Shown here: positions 49,270 through 62,879 of the stretch, piece by piece
Layout of the letters: each line of letters begins with the position of its first letter
Numbering within the stretch: the stretch's first letter is position 1
From: Antechinus flavipes
Lineage: Eukaryota
Length of the DNA stretch: 64,000 bases
Assembly: GCF_016432865.1 (NCBI RefSeq)
Contig: NC_067399.1
Location: forward strand, 114,328,001 to 114,392,000
Reading direction: 5' to 3'
Translations under genes and position numbers: made by a program
The notes under the pieces: generated by a model
What the model was told of the DNA's origin: nothing
The model's input: only the letters and a program-made list of their open reading frames with translations
Database searches by the model: none

Positions 49270-51450
49270 ATAAACAGATTCCAGTTAGAATTCCATTTAT
49301 CCCCATGTTGAAATGAAAATTCTCTCCCCATATACTCATCCCTACCCACCTCAATCTTACCCTTTCAAGGCTATATCATCCTCTGCCCTTCAGTGCCTTT
49401 GTGCCTTCTGAAATCCTTCCTCTTATAAACAAGTTTCCTTTTATCCTAGATAAAGGATAAAAAGGTTTACGTTCTTTTCACCTTCTTAAGCTAGCTCTTC
49501 CCAGAAAAGTTTGTCCCTAGATACCTTGTCTGATACTGGATATCCCATAAGCATTGGGCAGGAGGAGTAGGAGGCAGTTAACAAGTACTTAGTAAGTTCT
49601 TACTGTGTTTGAAGAACTTTAATAAGAGCCAGGATTGCAAAGACAAGCAATGGAATAGGAATATTCCTTGCTCCTCATTTCCATTCCAGATTGTACTTTT
49701 GTATCATCACTCAGTAACCTCACTAAGAGATTCACTTCTTTTATCAAATTGACTAAGTAAACTGCCAAACTCCAGGAGGTTTTCCCTTCCTGAGAAATTC
49801 AATACCTAAGTCAGCCTTCCTTTCCAGCTCACCCCTTCAAATTTTAACATCTATATTGATGTCCGCTTTTAAGCTCCAAGGTCATCAGTCCCCGAATTTC
49901 ACATGACTCTCCCCCTCCCCCCCAATATTGATTCTACCACAGCCATACAATTGTTTCACTTTCATTGTCCAGAACAGTGATCTATCTTTATTTAACTATA
50001 CCTCCTATCCTTCTGTTTTCTGTGTATTTCTCATCCTGGCCAAGTGAGACTTCCAGGTTTTTTGTTCTTTCCTCCCTAGTCTCCCAGAGCATCGTCCCTT
50101 CAGTCTAGAACCTATTATCAACTATTTCACTTATGTATTACTAGTAAGTACCTTTGAATCTCTCACTCTCTTGTGTTAGTGCTAATGAACTGTTTTTCCA
50201 TTCCTACCTCCATGCTCCATACGATTGTGGAAGAATGTTTTATAACTGTCAACTGGGTTCCCTGCTGGTTATGTTCTTATCATCTGGGCCCTCACTACTG
50301 GGTAAAGTGTTTATTTTTTCCTTGTTTAATTTGCTGATCACATTCTCCACAGCTGTTCTAAATCGGGTTCATTTTCTTTAGCTTTTCTATGCCACCTTTT
50401 TTTCCTTCCCTTCTTTTCAGCAGAGGATTTCACATGCTGTTTTACTGAGAAATGAGACCATTCATCTGAAGCTCCTCTTCTTCATTCCTTACCTCAAAAC
50501 CCTACTTTTTCATCATTCTCCCATTTTCTCCCTATTTAGTGATGAAAAGGTAAGACTTCTTTTCAAATGTTCCATTTATGCTCTTAATCTTATTCCTTCT
50601 TGTTTCCTTTGGGAGCTTTTTCATTCTATTATCCCCTCTTTTTTTCTCATCTTCAACTTTTCCATAGCCACTGACTTCTTCCCTGTCACATACAAATATT
50701 TTCAGATGCTCCCAACTCTTAAAAAAAGAAAAGAAAACTTCAAAATCTGAATCCCTCATGTTATAACACTCTGTATTCTCTCGGAGCCAAAATCCTAAAT
50801 TATATACACACACAAAGCTCCATTTCCTTGACTCCCATTTGCCTTTCAGTTTTTTGTGGCCTAATTTCCAACCCCACCACTACAATAAAATTATTCCTCC
50901 CAAGATTACTAGCAAACTTTTAATCATTAAAAAAAGGTTTCTCTCTCTCCCCCACCCCCTTCCCAAGTTCGAATCCATTTTGACTTCTCTATAGCATTTG
51001 GCACTTGACCATTAATACTCTTATACTCCATCCCTAACCTAGACTTTTCCTCCTTACTTTCTGTAACACTACTCTCTTATGGTTCTTTGTCCTTGTCGGA
51101 TTATCATATTCTTCCTCCTGATTATTAAGTGAGAAGAAGCTTTCTCCAGCTCACTTCTCTTTCCACTTATTCTCTTTTAGTGCTCCCTTTAGTTTTCCTG
51201 AGTTGAATTATTTATGTGTAGATGACTCCAAAGTCAGTATATTTAGCTTTAATTTCTCTTAAACTACAGATCTGACCATCTCTCTTCTTGTCTTCTTCCC
51301 TCCATCTCTCCTCCTTTCCCTCTCTTTGTCTCCCCCTCTTCCCCATTATCTCTAAGATAAAACATGTTCTCTGTCATTTAAAGCCCTCCACAATGTTTCC
51401 CACCTGCCTTTCCAATCTTAGTTATTTTAGCTTATTCCCCTTGACAAAAT
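49270..51450 (+). mobile_element. LINE-2 fragments
   Basis: Pyrimidine-rich L2-like sequence (ccaccactacaataaaatt...ccaagattactagc; gatgactccaaagtc). Confidence 0.5.
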
Positions 51451-54400
51451 CTCTATCCTAATCTAGTTGGACTTCAGTATACTTATATACATACATATGT
51501 CATTTAGTGCATTTACATACTTGTCACTATCCATGTTAATTTGTCTTATTATCAATCCTTCACTGTCCTTTAGAGCTGTCACTAATTGTTCTACACTTTC
51601 TTAAAATCAGGCTTCCCTTGTTGTGACTGTTCTGATATATGTATAGTATTTTTTAAATTGCTAAATCCATGTGAATTGGCAGTGACAAGTCACTTGAATT
51701 TAGTTGTAAGGTGCTGAAATAATTGCCTCCTTTTTTTTGCTTCTGTGTAATACAGTGATGCTAACATTACTTAAAAGTTAACTTCTATTATTTTTTTTTG
51801 ACTGATGAGTTTTACTTAAAATACCCTTCACCTTGCTCTCTATCTTATGTTATAATTCTATATCCAGTACATATTTTACTATTTTGATAAATTTCTTGAA
51901 AATATATTTACATTATCTCAAAGAGTTTCCAATTTGATGTTTAAAACTTCACCTTAATTTGAAGGAGAGTAATTGTTTTTGCCGAAATGAAAGTAGATAG
52001 AAAGGAGCAGCATTGATATTTGTGAACTTCTTGCTTAAAATGATGTGATTTAATAAATCTTTGGCACATGTCCTCTATTAAACATAAACTTGTACCTTCA
52101 GCTGTGAAATCTTGATCTTAAATTAACACATTTCCATTTTAAATTCCAGCAGTGTAAGAAGCATTGTATTGAACATTAAACTTGATTTTTAACCACTTGG
52201 TCTCAACTTTTAAGGCAGAAAAGTTGTGGCATATTGAGGAAGATCCTTGATAATTTTTGTCCTAAATACATGTTTGGAAGGTCAATTCTTAGGAAGTAAG
52301 CATTTTTTTTTCAAGGAAACAATATTCTGTCAGTTAAGTTACTAAGCCAGTCCACAAAAGCCAATTAAACTATAATGTAACTGAAATTCTGTAGTGAAAA
52401 TCAGATCCAACCCAGAGATGCTAGAAACATATAAAATCATTTCTCCTGGGGAAAAAATGATATTTTTATATAGACAATCACATTTTGGTGGCAAGAACTT
52501 CTTCTCTGGGATTCTAAGGAGACTCATTAAGCCCAATGTGAGCAACATGCTTATATGAATAGTTAGGCAAATAATATTGTAATAATATTTTTTAAAAGTT
52601 GAAATTTTATGATTCTCAGCACTTGAGATAATTGAATACACAGTGTTCTGAAACCAAAGTTGACAATCAATATTGCTCTAGATGATTATAAACTGAATTA
52701 TTATAAATATAGATGAGGAACTGGGGAGAGGGATCTTCATAAAAGAGATGGCATTTTAGTTGGATTTTAATAAAAATTCAGCAGAGAAAGATATGGGAAG
52801 GAGGAGGACATTATAAACAAACGAAAGTTGATGGTTGTAAAATGACAGTATGAGACTGGATAGCCTCTGAGATCATTTCCAGTTCTAAATCTATGACCCT
52901 GTGAAGATAAAGGTTTTCCCAAGTTTAGTGAAGTGGAAAGACCACTGGACTAAGACTGAGGTGACTTGGAGCCTAATAATCCTGCCTCTGTTCCTAACTA
53001 GTGTTATTGTGGACAAATGCCTTATCCATTTTAGAGTTGGACTTCTATTTTTTGCAGATGTTCATCATTATCCATGTACATTTTAAGGAAACTATATTTA
53101 AAAGTTGTATTTTTTCAGTTAGGGATTCATTTACGTCATTTGTAAGTTGCTCAGCTACTTAATACATGACTTAAATTATTTCATTTAATAACAAATTTGA
53201 GTAAATTGTAAATTATTTGGGAGTTATAATATACATTAGATTGAAAAAGAATTTGAAGTTTAAAAGTTCAATTTCTTTAAAGGAAAAGAGCAACATAGTC
53301 TGCTGAACTTGATAAGTAAGTCTTAGCAGAAATTCTTAACCTAGGGTCTACAGATTCCTTGGGATGGATTTCAGAAAGTCCATGAACTATATCAAAAAAA
53401 ATTTTTTTTTTGGGGGGGGGTGTGGTTTTTGTTTGGTTGGTTTTTTTGTTTTTGCATTTTGATAGTTGTGTTTCACTATAAATGTATGGTTTGTAAGATT
53501 TTATGTTTTGTGAATAGAAACATTATTCTAAGAAGAAATCCATTAGTTTTACCTAACTACCAAGGAGGGAGGGGGTGAATGATAGGAAAAAAAGATATTA
53601 AGAATACCTTCTTTAAATTAAGCAATCAAAATTTCCTCCCCTCTTCTGTCCAATATCTATTGTCTGTTACTATCTGGAATTTAGGATGAAGGAAGGAAGA
53701 CTCCATTACATTTTCAGAGCCAATTTCTAGGGTTAGTGAATTCTTTTGATGTTTTATATATAAGGTTGAGTTATTGAAAATGAAGATACCCTTTTTTCTC
53801 CTCCAGTCAGTTTATTCTTTTCTTCTTTAATATCTTGAAAATTACTCCTGATTGCCTTTAAAATTGTCACCTCCATGATAGACTCAGGGTATATATTGAT
53901 ACATATATTTTATGGATATAACCAATGCAGAAATTTGTTTTGCTAAACTATGCATATTTGTTATAAGGGTTTTCTTTTTCTTTTTCAGTTGGGGGGTGGG
54001 GAAAGGAAAAGTGGGAAAGAGAAAGAAGGTAGATTTTCACTAAGAAAGGTAAAATGAGATTTTTTAAAAGAAATTTTAAAAAATTCTAAAAGACAAGTAT
54101 ACAATGTCACATTTTTGGACAGAACCAATTTGGGAATTTTTTTTTTCTTTAGTGAGGAGGGTAGGATAAAAAGCAAAAATAAATACTTATTAATTTTTAA
54201 AACCTTAAAAATAGAGTATTAAAAAGTTTGTCTTTGTGATGGATTTCTTTCAGATGTATTTTGCTGTAGTCTGTTGTTGTACCTTGTAACAACTGGTACA
54301 TCAAGTCCTGGGATAGGTGTATAATGTTGTTGCCGTAGCAGTGTTGATGAGAAAATAAAATGTTGGCAGATCTGTTCCATTTAAAGTCTGTTTGTATCTT

Positions 54401-54828
54401 CCTTTTCTTTTCCATATTCAAATAGTCATTTGACTTAGCTAGATCCCATGCCAAGTTTTTGTAGATTCATTTTCTCCTCAGATGCTTTCCAGTATTTGGT
54501 GCTTATACTACTAAAGTGGCATCAACCCTTGGCTACCATCCCTCTCCACATGACAGGAGGTTGAAGTTTTTGCATCAACTTTATTCAAAATAAATAAAAA
54601 TATTGTTGAAAAATAATGATAATCATTACTTTTACCCATCTCTTTTTCCTCTCACTCTATCCCCTTAAATTGCCTTTTCATCACTAACTTTTTACATAAA
54701 AGTTGGAAATGCATATATCTTTATATCTTTTTTTCAAAGTAGGCATTTTCCTTGACTTGTTCTCTAACCAGTTAATAATCTGAGTGTACTAAGACTGAAA
54801 TAATTGCTAGATTTCCTATCTGTTAAGG

Positions 54829-55446
54829 TGTAATGCCGGAGAAACTGAGGCAGGAGAGAGATTAGAGAGTTTTTAATATTTTATTAATTGGAGAGCATAA
54901 TTGATTGGACAGGACTCTCGTCTCAAATTATCCAGTGAGACAGAGATAAAGATATACTGGGACCAAGGGATCCATGTTGGTCCCAGGGCTGGAGGAGACT
55001 GTCATCTCAAAGAATCCAGTATCCAGCATCCAGCCTCCAGCAATGAATGGGGGAACCCCAACTTCTTAAATACCTTTTCTCTAAACAAAGGAAGGGGTAA
55101 GAAACGCAGGAAAACTTCTGTCAGGATGGGGGAGGCCATAAATCCTAAAAACCCAGAGACTGGATGTCTGAATACACAGAAATAAAGATATCAGTGAGAT
55201 ATCTTGGAATATTTTAGAAGGATATTGTAAATTCTTGAGGATAGAAAAGAATCAAGAAGTCTACTCTCTTGTTTATCTTGCTAACAATTTATAACTTTAG
55301 AGCAATTTATAACCTCAGTCTTAATGGACCAGAGGGGGAGTTTTACAGCTTAGGGGATTGAGACAGAACAATTAAGGAAACTGAGACAAGGGAAACTAGT
55401 GCAGGGAAACTGAGACAGGACAGTTAAAGAGAACTGTGGCATAACA
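54829..55446 (-). mobile_element. Intact solo LTR, 618 bp, ERV1-like (4-bp TSD)
   Basis: Termini TGTAATGCC...GGCATAACA (8/9 inverted match); TSD AAGG at 54825-54828 and 55447-55450; minus-strand AATAAA near 54880. Confidence 0.85.
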
Positions 55447-56137
55447 AAGGTATGCTGAGTTCATTTTTTTTCATCTTGTACAGCTACATTTAATATCTTC
55501 TGACTATTTTCGAAAAGAAAAGTAGTTGTGATATATATAGATATGACGCTTCTAAGTAGTAATAAGCCCATATTGTCCAACAGAGTGTCCTTCCTTAGGC
55601 CTACCTTTGTATTGAAGTTAGCATCAAAGTATAGGCATCAAGACTAGATTAGATTTCATCAGTACAGGAAAATCCTAGACGTTCTTTCTACTAATGAAAG
55701 GCAGCAGCTTTTCTGCAAATTAAAGTACTATGAAGTAAAATGATTGGCTCAGAATCACATAGCCAGTGTTAATTGAGAGACTTGAGCCCAAATCTTTCTG
55801 GCTTTGATGCCATCTCCATCCATTATGCCATGTAACCTCTCATATTGAAGTATAAATAATATGGAATGTCTGCTCAAATTATTTGTGCAATTTTTGTACT
55901 TCCTCTGCATAACATGTTGGTGAGTTGCTGTAGTAGTTATTTTTATGATGGTCTGTTCTTCTGAGATTGTCTTGGAAGACCTTGGTGACCAAACATCTCA
56001 TAAAATGTTTGTTTCTTGTTTCCTTTGGATGCAAGATGAAACTAATTATACAACTTATTTATTTTTGCCTCACTGAAGAAACCTGGATCATTTCCTCCAG
56101 TATTGTATCATATTATTGCCCATTAGATAAATATAGT

Positions 56138-56161
56138 GATGATGATGATGATGATGATGAT
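56138..56161. repeat. (GAT)8 microsatellite
   Basis: Read directly. Confidence 0.95.
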
Positions 56162-58559
56162 GTTAGCTTAACATTTTTAGACGTGATGTTCCAAAAGTAT
56201 TATAGTTTTTTAGTTTTAATAACTAAAACACTGTAGTTTTCAATGTACTTTACACTTACCTTTACCTTATTTAGTTTTTGACATTATGCACGGAGTGCCA
56301 GTAGTTAATTAGTCAAGAGGCAGGTAGTGAGGCAGCTATAGAGCACTAGTCTTGCAATCAGGAACACCTGAGATCAGATCTGGCCTCAGCCCTATATTTT
56401 CTTGAGATACCAAACAATTCCCCTAACTTCTTTCTGCAGATAAATTGAGATAATTGTAAAATGCTTTGCAAACCTTTAAAGCATTATGTGTAGATACTAT
56501 TATCGTTAAGATTGGCAGACTAAAGAATGTGAATTTTAGCATCCTTTATCCCAATTCTGCTCTCCAGTCTGCAAAAAGAAAAGGCATTTTTTGTAACTGT
56601 CCCTAAGGATTACAGTGGTCAAAAAAGAAACTAATCATTTTTTAGCCATTCAAGTTTATCCTCAGGCTGCAATCTGTTGCTTGGCCTGTGTTCAACTGGG
56701 AACATTTATTTGAATAAATCAATTCCCATTTATTCTCATTTGAATACACCTAGTATAATGATAATAGCATTCTTATATTTTAGTGTGCCCAAAGAACTTT
56801 GGTATAATTGACAAATGCTTTTATTTCTAATATTAGCTTTTAATGCATTATCCTGCTTGCAATTATTTAGATCAGTGGTCTACAAATTTCTTTGATGGTA
56901 AAAATTTTTAGAATCCCCCAATGTGTTTATTTCTTGTAAAGATACACCTATACTAATAATTATGTGCATTCTAATATTTATCCAAGATAAAAAAGTTTGA
57001 AACTTAAAAATCATTTTAAATAGAGAGCAGCTAGAATTTGAGTGACATGATTAAACTTGTACTTTTAAGAATATCAAGTCAGCAGGTGAGTGGAAGATGA
57101 ATTAGAAAGAAAAAGACTTGTGGCAGACCATTAGGAAACTGTTACAAAGTAGTAAGAAGTAATGAGAGCTTAAACTAGTGTGGTAGCTCTATAAGTAGAG
57201 ATGATTATAGATATGAGAGATTGTAAAGATAGTGAAAAAGGTTTTGACAACTAATTAGAGTTGTAGAACAAGTAAATTATTGAGCAATATATTGAGGTTA
57301 CAAGCATGGTGATGCCCTCATAATCAAGAGGGAGGGATTTGGGGGAAAAGTGACATGAGAATTGCAATATAGATTTCAGTGTATCCTGACCTAGTTAAAA
57401 TGGAAAAAGAGAGTAGTCTTGTTCATTAGCCTTGCCCTAGAACAGAACCTGTCCTCTGGTCATTTACTACATCCCAAGATGATGGGGGAGTAGAACTAGG
57501 GATAGAGTTCTAGGGATAGGGATGGCTATACCAAAAGATTAGAAAATTATGCCTTCCTAAGTGCAATCAAATACCTGGGAATCAACTAGCTTATTAACAT
57601 TCTGAAAGATCAGTACTTTTAATCATCTAAGAAATACTGGTCAGAGTAGGGGAGTTTATAGGGATAGTAGATGAAGTATATGGTATAGTCATTGTGAAAG
57701 TGGAATGCATCCTATATTCACACCCTCTGGTAGATCAAACAGCATTGTGGTCATGGTGTGGTCCTCACTATGAAAACACTGACTTGAAAAACTCTTGAAT
57801 AGGAAGGAAAATCTTGTTTAAGAAAAAACCTTTCAAATTTAAATTACAACTTTTATAAAGTAAGACTGAAGTGTGTTTTAAACATTTTTTAAAATTTTCT
57901 TGAAAAACTCTAATAAAAAAAAAAAAACAGATTTTTTTTTTTTTTTTATATCCTAAGGCCATAAATTGAGTCTGAGACCCCGAAGGTCATCTGCAGTAGA
58001 AAACTTAGACTTCTTCCCAGCATTTAGTTGAAGAATAGAAGGAAAACTAAATTGGGGGGGGGGGGAGGGAAAGGGGAAGGGAGAAGCCTTCTTAACACTT
58101 GGAAGTCAGAACAACGTTCTTGTCTGACTTGGGAGAACATATTAATTCCTAGTTATTTGCCCTAGTTCTATTTAACTCACTAAACAGTTTTTCTGCCTAT
58201 TTTAGTTATTTGTAAGCTATTTAAGGATGACAGATACCTTTTGAAGTGTATATTCAGAATTTGAGCATGATAATTTTTATTATATTTCAAGTAGTTATTG
58301 TTGTAGTCCTTTAAAAAAAAAGATTTACAGCAAAAGAATTTACAATTTGATTCTTATTCAAAAGAGCAGTCAATATGTATGACTGTTTTTACTTTAAACC
58401 AATTAGCTATACTTCAATATAAATTGAGGGCTGATAAAGATACAATTGTAGATTTCTACCTGAAACACTACTCAATATTTAATGATGTTAAGGTGTATGG
58501 TATCATCTTAAATGGAAGATTAAATGACATTTGCTTTTAGATTGCTTTTTAACCTTCCA

Positions 58560-59340
58560 TATATGTGCAGGATCTTGTAGTGTCAACAAAGATCAGTAAG
58601 AGCTATTCCCTTTATGCTTAAGGAAGTATGGAAAAATAGCTTGAAGCCTTTCAGAGTAATTTTAAGGGTCTCTTTAAGATGATGTAAATAGTAGGAACAA
58701 TAACACCATATTAAAAATCTGGAGACCTGGATGTGATTTATTCCTAGGTCAGTCTGTAAAGACATGTTTTGTGTGTGTGTGTGTACCTCACAGAATTTCT
58801 GTAACAATAAACAGTAGATATAATTCTCAGTTATAGAAGTTGATGGAGTTAAATGGACAACCCACAGAACTGGTTTCTCAACACATAATATCATACTCAG
58901 ACAAGCAAATAAATGGCAAACTGGGCCTAGAAATACTTGGGTGAAAAGAATAGACTGTATTTCATTTGGGAAAATATATAGTTCTTGTTGGAAACCTAAG
59001 CTTCTGCGTAAAACAGAAACCCCCATCTTTTAAAAATGAATATTCATTCACTAATACTATATGACTGCAAATTATAGAATATCTCATTTTATAAGGAATC
59101 AAAATCATGTGTCATCCAAAAAGAAATGGAGGACTGCATTATGGGTATAAATAGGCTGCAGCATATTACTAATGATGAATTGTGGACACCAAGATAAAAG
59201 ATAGCAGATATATAACTAGAAAAGGAAGAATAGAAATGGAGAGAAATAGGAGCTAGATAGCTCTGTGCTGAATTGAGCACATATGTAATATCAAGAGGTC
59301 TAAAGTAAGGCCTTCTGCATATAGTGTGGACCCTTTATGA
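58560..59340 (+). mobile_element. RTE LINE 3' ORF remnant
   Basis: atttgggaaaat...aagctt...catctttt resembles the post-RT region of marsupial RTE ORFs. Confidence 0.5.
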
Positions 59341-59959
59341 AAGATTTACGGAAGGAAATGGACAAAAGTTACAGAATGAGATGTGGCTTAACTTTAAGTT
59401 AAACCATTTGAGACTTTGAGAGGCAATGTGGTTTAGTTTAGAATGCTAAATTTACAGACAAGCAAATTGTTAGTGGAGACAGTATCTACACAGATGAGAT
59501 CACAATCCATTGAAGTGTTATTAATGAGGGAAGAATGAAATAATATGAAATAATAGGAACTTTCCTCACTGAACCTCAGACCTGACAAAGATCAAATTAG
59601 AGAGCTGGTAAAATTTAAGAGACTTGGACCAGGACTGGTAAATTTAAGCAGTATTTTTTTATTGCATTTAAGTGTTGTTTTCCATTTTCATACTGTTTTT
59701 GCAAAAATAGGTAGCAAAAAGATAGCAAGAAATTTAAATCAATATAATTTGACAAATAAAAAAATCAACATTCAGCCCAATTAAAGAAAGACGATGTAAA
59801 AGAAAAGAAGCAAATATTAGAGAAAACAATCTATTTTTAAAGTAGATTACTTATTTATTTGTAGACTATATCAAGTGAACAAGCATTTAATGAGCATTTA
59901 CTCTATGCCCAGACATTCTACTAAGGAGTAGAACCTGGCCAGGAAAATACCAAGTTGTT

Positions 59960-60665
59960 ATTCAGTTATTTCAATACTATCCAAGTCATCATGACTTCAT
60001 TTGGGATTTTTTGGGCAAAAATATTGGAATGGTTTGAAATTTCTCCAGATCATTTTACACATGAGGAAACTGAGATAAGCAGGGTTAAGTGACTTGTTCA
60101 GGATTACACAGCTACTAAGTATCTGAGGCTAGATTTAAAATCAGGAAGAGGAAATCTTCCTGATTTCAAACCTAACACTCTCTCCGCTGGGACACCTAGC
60201 AACCAAGATGCCACAGAGTATCTGTTTAATGACATGCAGAAACATAGGTTTCCTTATCCCCAAAATCTGCCTTTCATATTATAGCAAAGTAATCTAGACT
60301 CTTATCATTGGCATTCTAAACCTTTATAACCTGGAACCTTTTTTCCTTTCTTTGTTCCCTTTCACATGTCATATTACAGCCTAACTCAACTGTTATAGCT
60401 GCTCCTTAGACAATTCAGTATTCATAGTATTTTTCTATACCTGGAAGAGGCAGCCAGATGATTTAGTGAATAAGGTACTGGACCTGGTACCAGGAAGACC
60501 CACATTCAAATCCAACTTCAGAACAAATTGTGTGAAGTCTTTAACAAGTTATTTAATGTCTGAAGAAATGGCAAACCACTCTAGTATCTTTGTCAAGAAA
60601 AGCCCATGAACATTATTGTTCAGGAGGTCTCAAAGAGTCATGCAACAGCTGAACAGCAGCAACAA
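59960..60665. mobile_element. Inverted pair of MAR1-like SINEs (~59960-60200 minus; ~60440-60665 plus)
   Basis: Both carry head, CORE and RTE-like tail, in opposite orientation. Confidence 0.65.
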
Positions 60666-62716
60666 CATTTATCCTTCCCAGATCAGATAAGTCCTTCTGC
60701 TTGTAAAATCTTCCTTCATTTCTCTCCAATCAAAACCTATCCCTCTTCCTTCTGATCTCTTTTAGCACTCTATACACTATCCATTTTGTTATCTTGTCTT
60801 TTTCTTCTGAACCATTGTTGTGTGCACGTTCTGTTCCTCAGTGAGATTTTAAGTTCTGTAAGGGAAGACAGAGAGACCCTGACCTAATTATCTTCATATC
60901 TACTCAACACCTTGCACAGTACTTTGCTACTTAATAAATGAACAAATGAAGGTAGTTCTCAAAATCTAAAAGGAAACAGTTGAAGATAATAGGGTAATTG
61001 GTCAACCATGTGGAATTGTACTTTGAGCTTCCTCTTGGCAATGTACTCATGTGAGAGGCTGTTCTGAGAACAAAAACAACTATTCATCAAATAGTTTTAC
61101 AAGTGGGAACCCAAGTGAGAACCATCATATTTCTTTATAGGCACCATACCATCCTCTTTGGCTTCATACGTATTTGGTACTGAGAGAGACAAAAGAGTTT
61201 GGCACTTTGCAATGGATTGTACTTGGCTTTAAACCAGTGCATTTTGCTTAGAAAAACCTTGTAGTCTAGTGTACTGAGCCTATAGCACAACTAGGCTTAT
61301 ATATACTCTTTTGCTCCAGAATTTGATCAGTGTGAATGAACCTCATGAAATTGATCACATTGTTCAGATTTGCACTATTCAAAGTTATAAATTACATATG
61401 TGGTCATTGGTTCTAGCTTAATGGAAGTATCCAATGAAAAAAATTTTTAAGTTAGTTTAAAAATCTAATATTGTGATATAGGAAAAGATTTAAAAATTTT
61501 GATTAAAATCTATTACAAACGAATAGTCTTTATAGAAAGCAAAATTTAAGAATAAAAATATTACTGAATATTATCTTTCAATGTAAACCTATGTTGAGGA
61601 TACAACAAAGATATCATTATTGCTATTGAAAATTTTTAATAGTATAGACTGAACTGTTTTTCTTTAGATCTTCCTACATATATGTTAGTTAGGTACAGGG
61701 TTTAACCACATCTTGGCAAATTTGCATGCTTACTTTTTCACACAGTGAATTCATTATCTTAAAATAATTAATGCATTAAATGTGAAATTATTGTCCTTGC
61801 AATCATTTTTCAATAGCTGAGTTAATTGAATGTCAGTTGTTGAAAGTAGCTTTAAACACCTGTGCTTTCTTACTTGATCACCAAAGAACTGCAGGTAATT
61901 AATGGTTGGAAATTCCCAGAACTGAAGATTTTGAGACAGATAAATAAGCATTATTTTTAATTTAAAGTCTTCTGATTTTACCATCAATAAAAGGGTTAAG
62001 CAATTCTTAGACATTACATCCAGATTACACTGCAAATTAGAAAAAAATATAAGTTCTAAAGAAGACTTCCTTTTCCAGGATAAACCTGTTTTTTCTACAT
62101 TGAAAATTTGTTATCAATGTGTGTACTTTGTTCAATTTTATTTTCTCCAAACCATCAGTATATTTAGTTGCCGCATTCTCATCTGCACTGGACACATCTC
62201 TGGTAATTTTAACATTACCCAAGTGAACTCCATTTTTAAAGCACAGAATCAATCAGTACTTGCAAAAAAATGTGTTTTACTATCTACTTCATTTCCATTT
62301 TGTTTTACTGCTTTAAATAAACTTAAGATTTTTTCTGACTAGCTGCTCTGCTAAAAGGGATAATTTGGAAAATATTGCAATCTCCTATATAGCAAAAAGA
62401 TGGTTCAATTCTGTCATTGTAACACTTTTATAATTGTTTGTAGGCCACAAAAAGCTAGTGCAAATTGCCTTTTTTTAAAAAAAATTTTGCCTGCCTGTTT
62501 TATGATAATATTCTTTACCAGAGTTTTAGGCAAAATATGATGTAACTGAGTAGCATGAACATGACAAATTTAAAAGAGGGTGATGAGATGTAAGAATGCT
62601 TTCTGTGGTTTATAAACAATTACAAGGAAAAGTGTTACAATGACAGTCCATAGGCTTATCCCTGGGTTAGCAGTAGCCACAGGACAGACACTGGCAAATC
62701 TATAATATATATCCAG

Positions 62717-62719
<3 letters not shown>

Positions 62720-62762
<43 letters not shown>

Positions 62763-62770
62763 CTCTCTCT
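62720..62770. repeat. (CT)n microsatellite
   Basis: Read directly. Confidence 0.9.
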
Positions 62771-62879
62771 CGTGTGTGAATTGAATTTTGTGTGTAAGTA
62801 TAGATGTGGGTGAGTGGAACCCCAGAGAGGCAATATGATTTTTGGTCTCAAAGGACTGGGAACCTTGAGGAATGGTATC

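Noticed and set aside
61090-61330. Possible processed-pseudogene fragment
   Set aside because: Translations I tried on both strands gave short open stretches with no recognisable protein.
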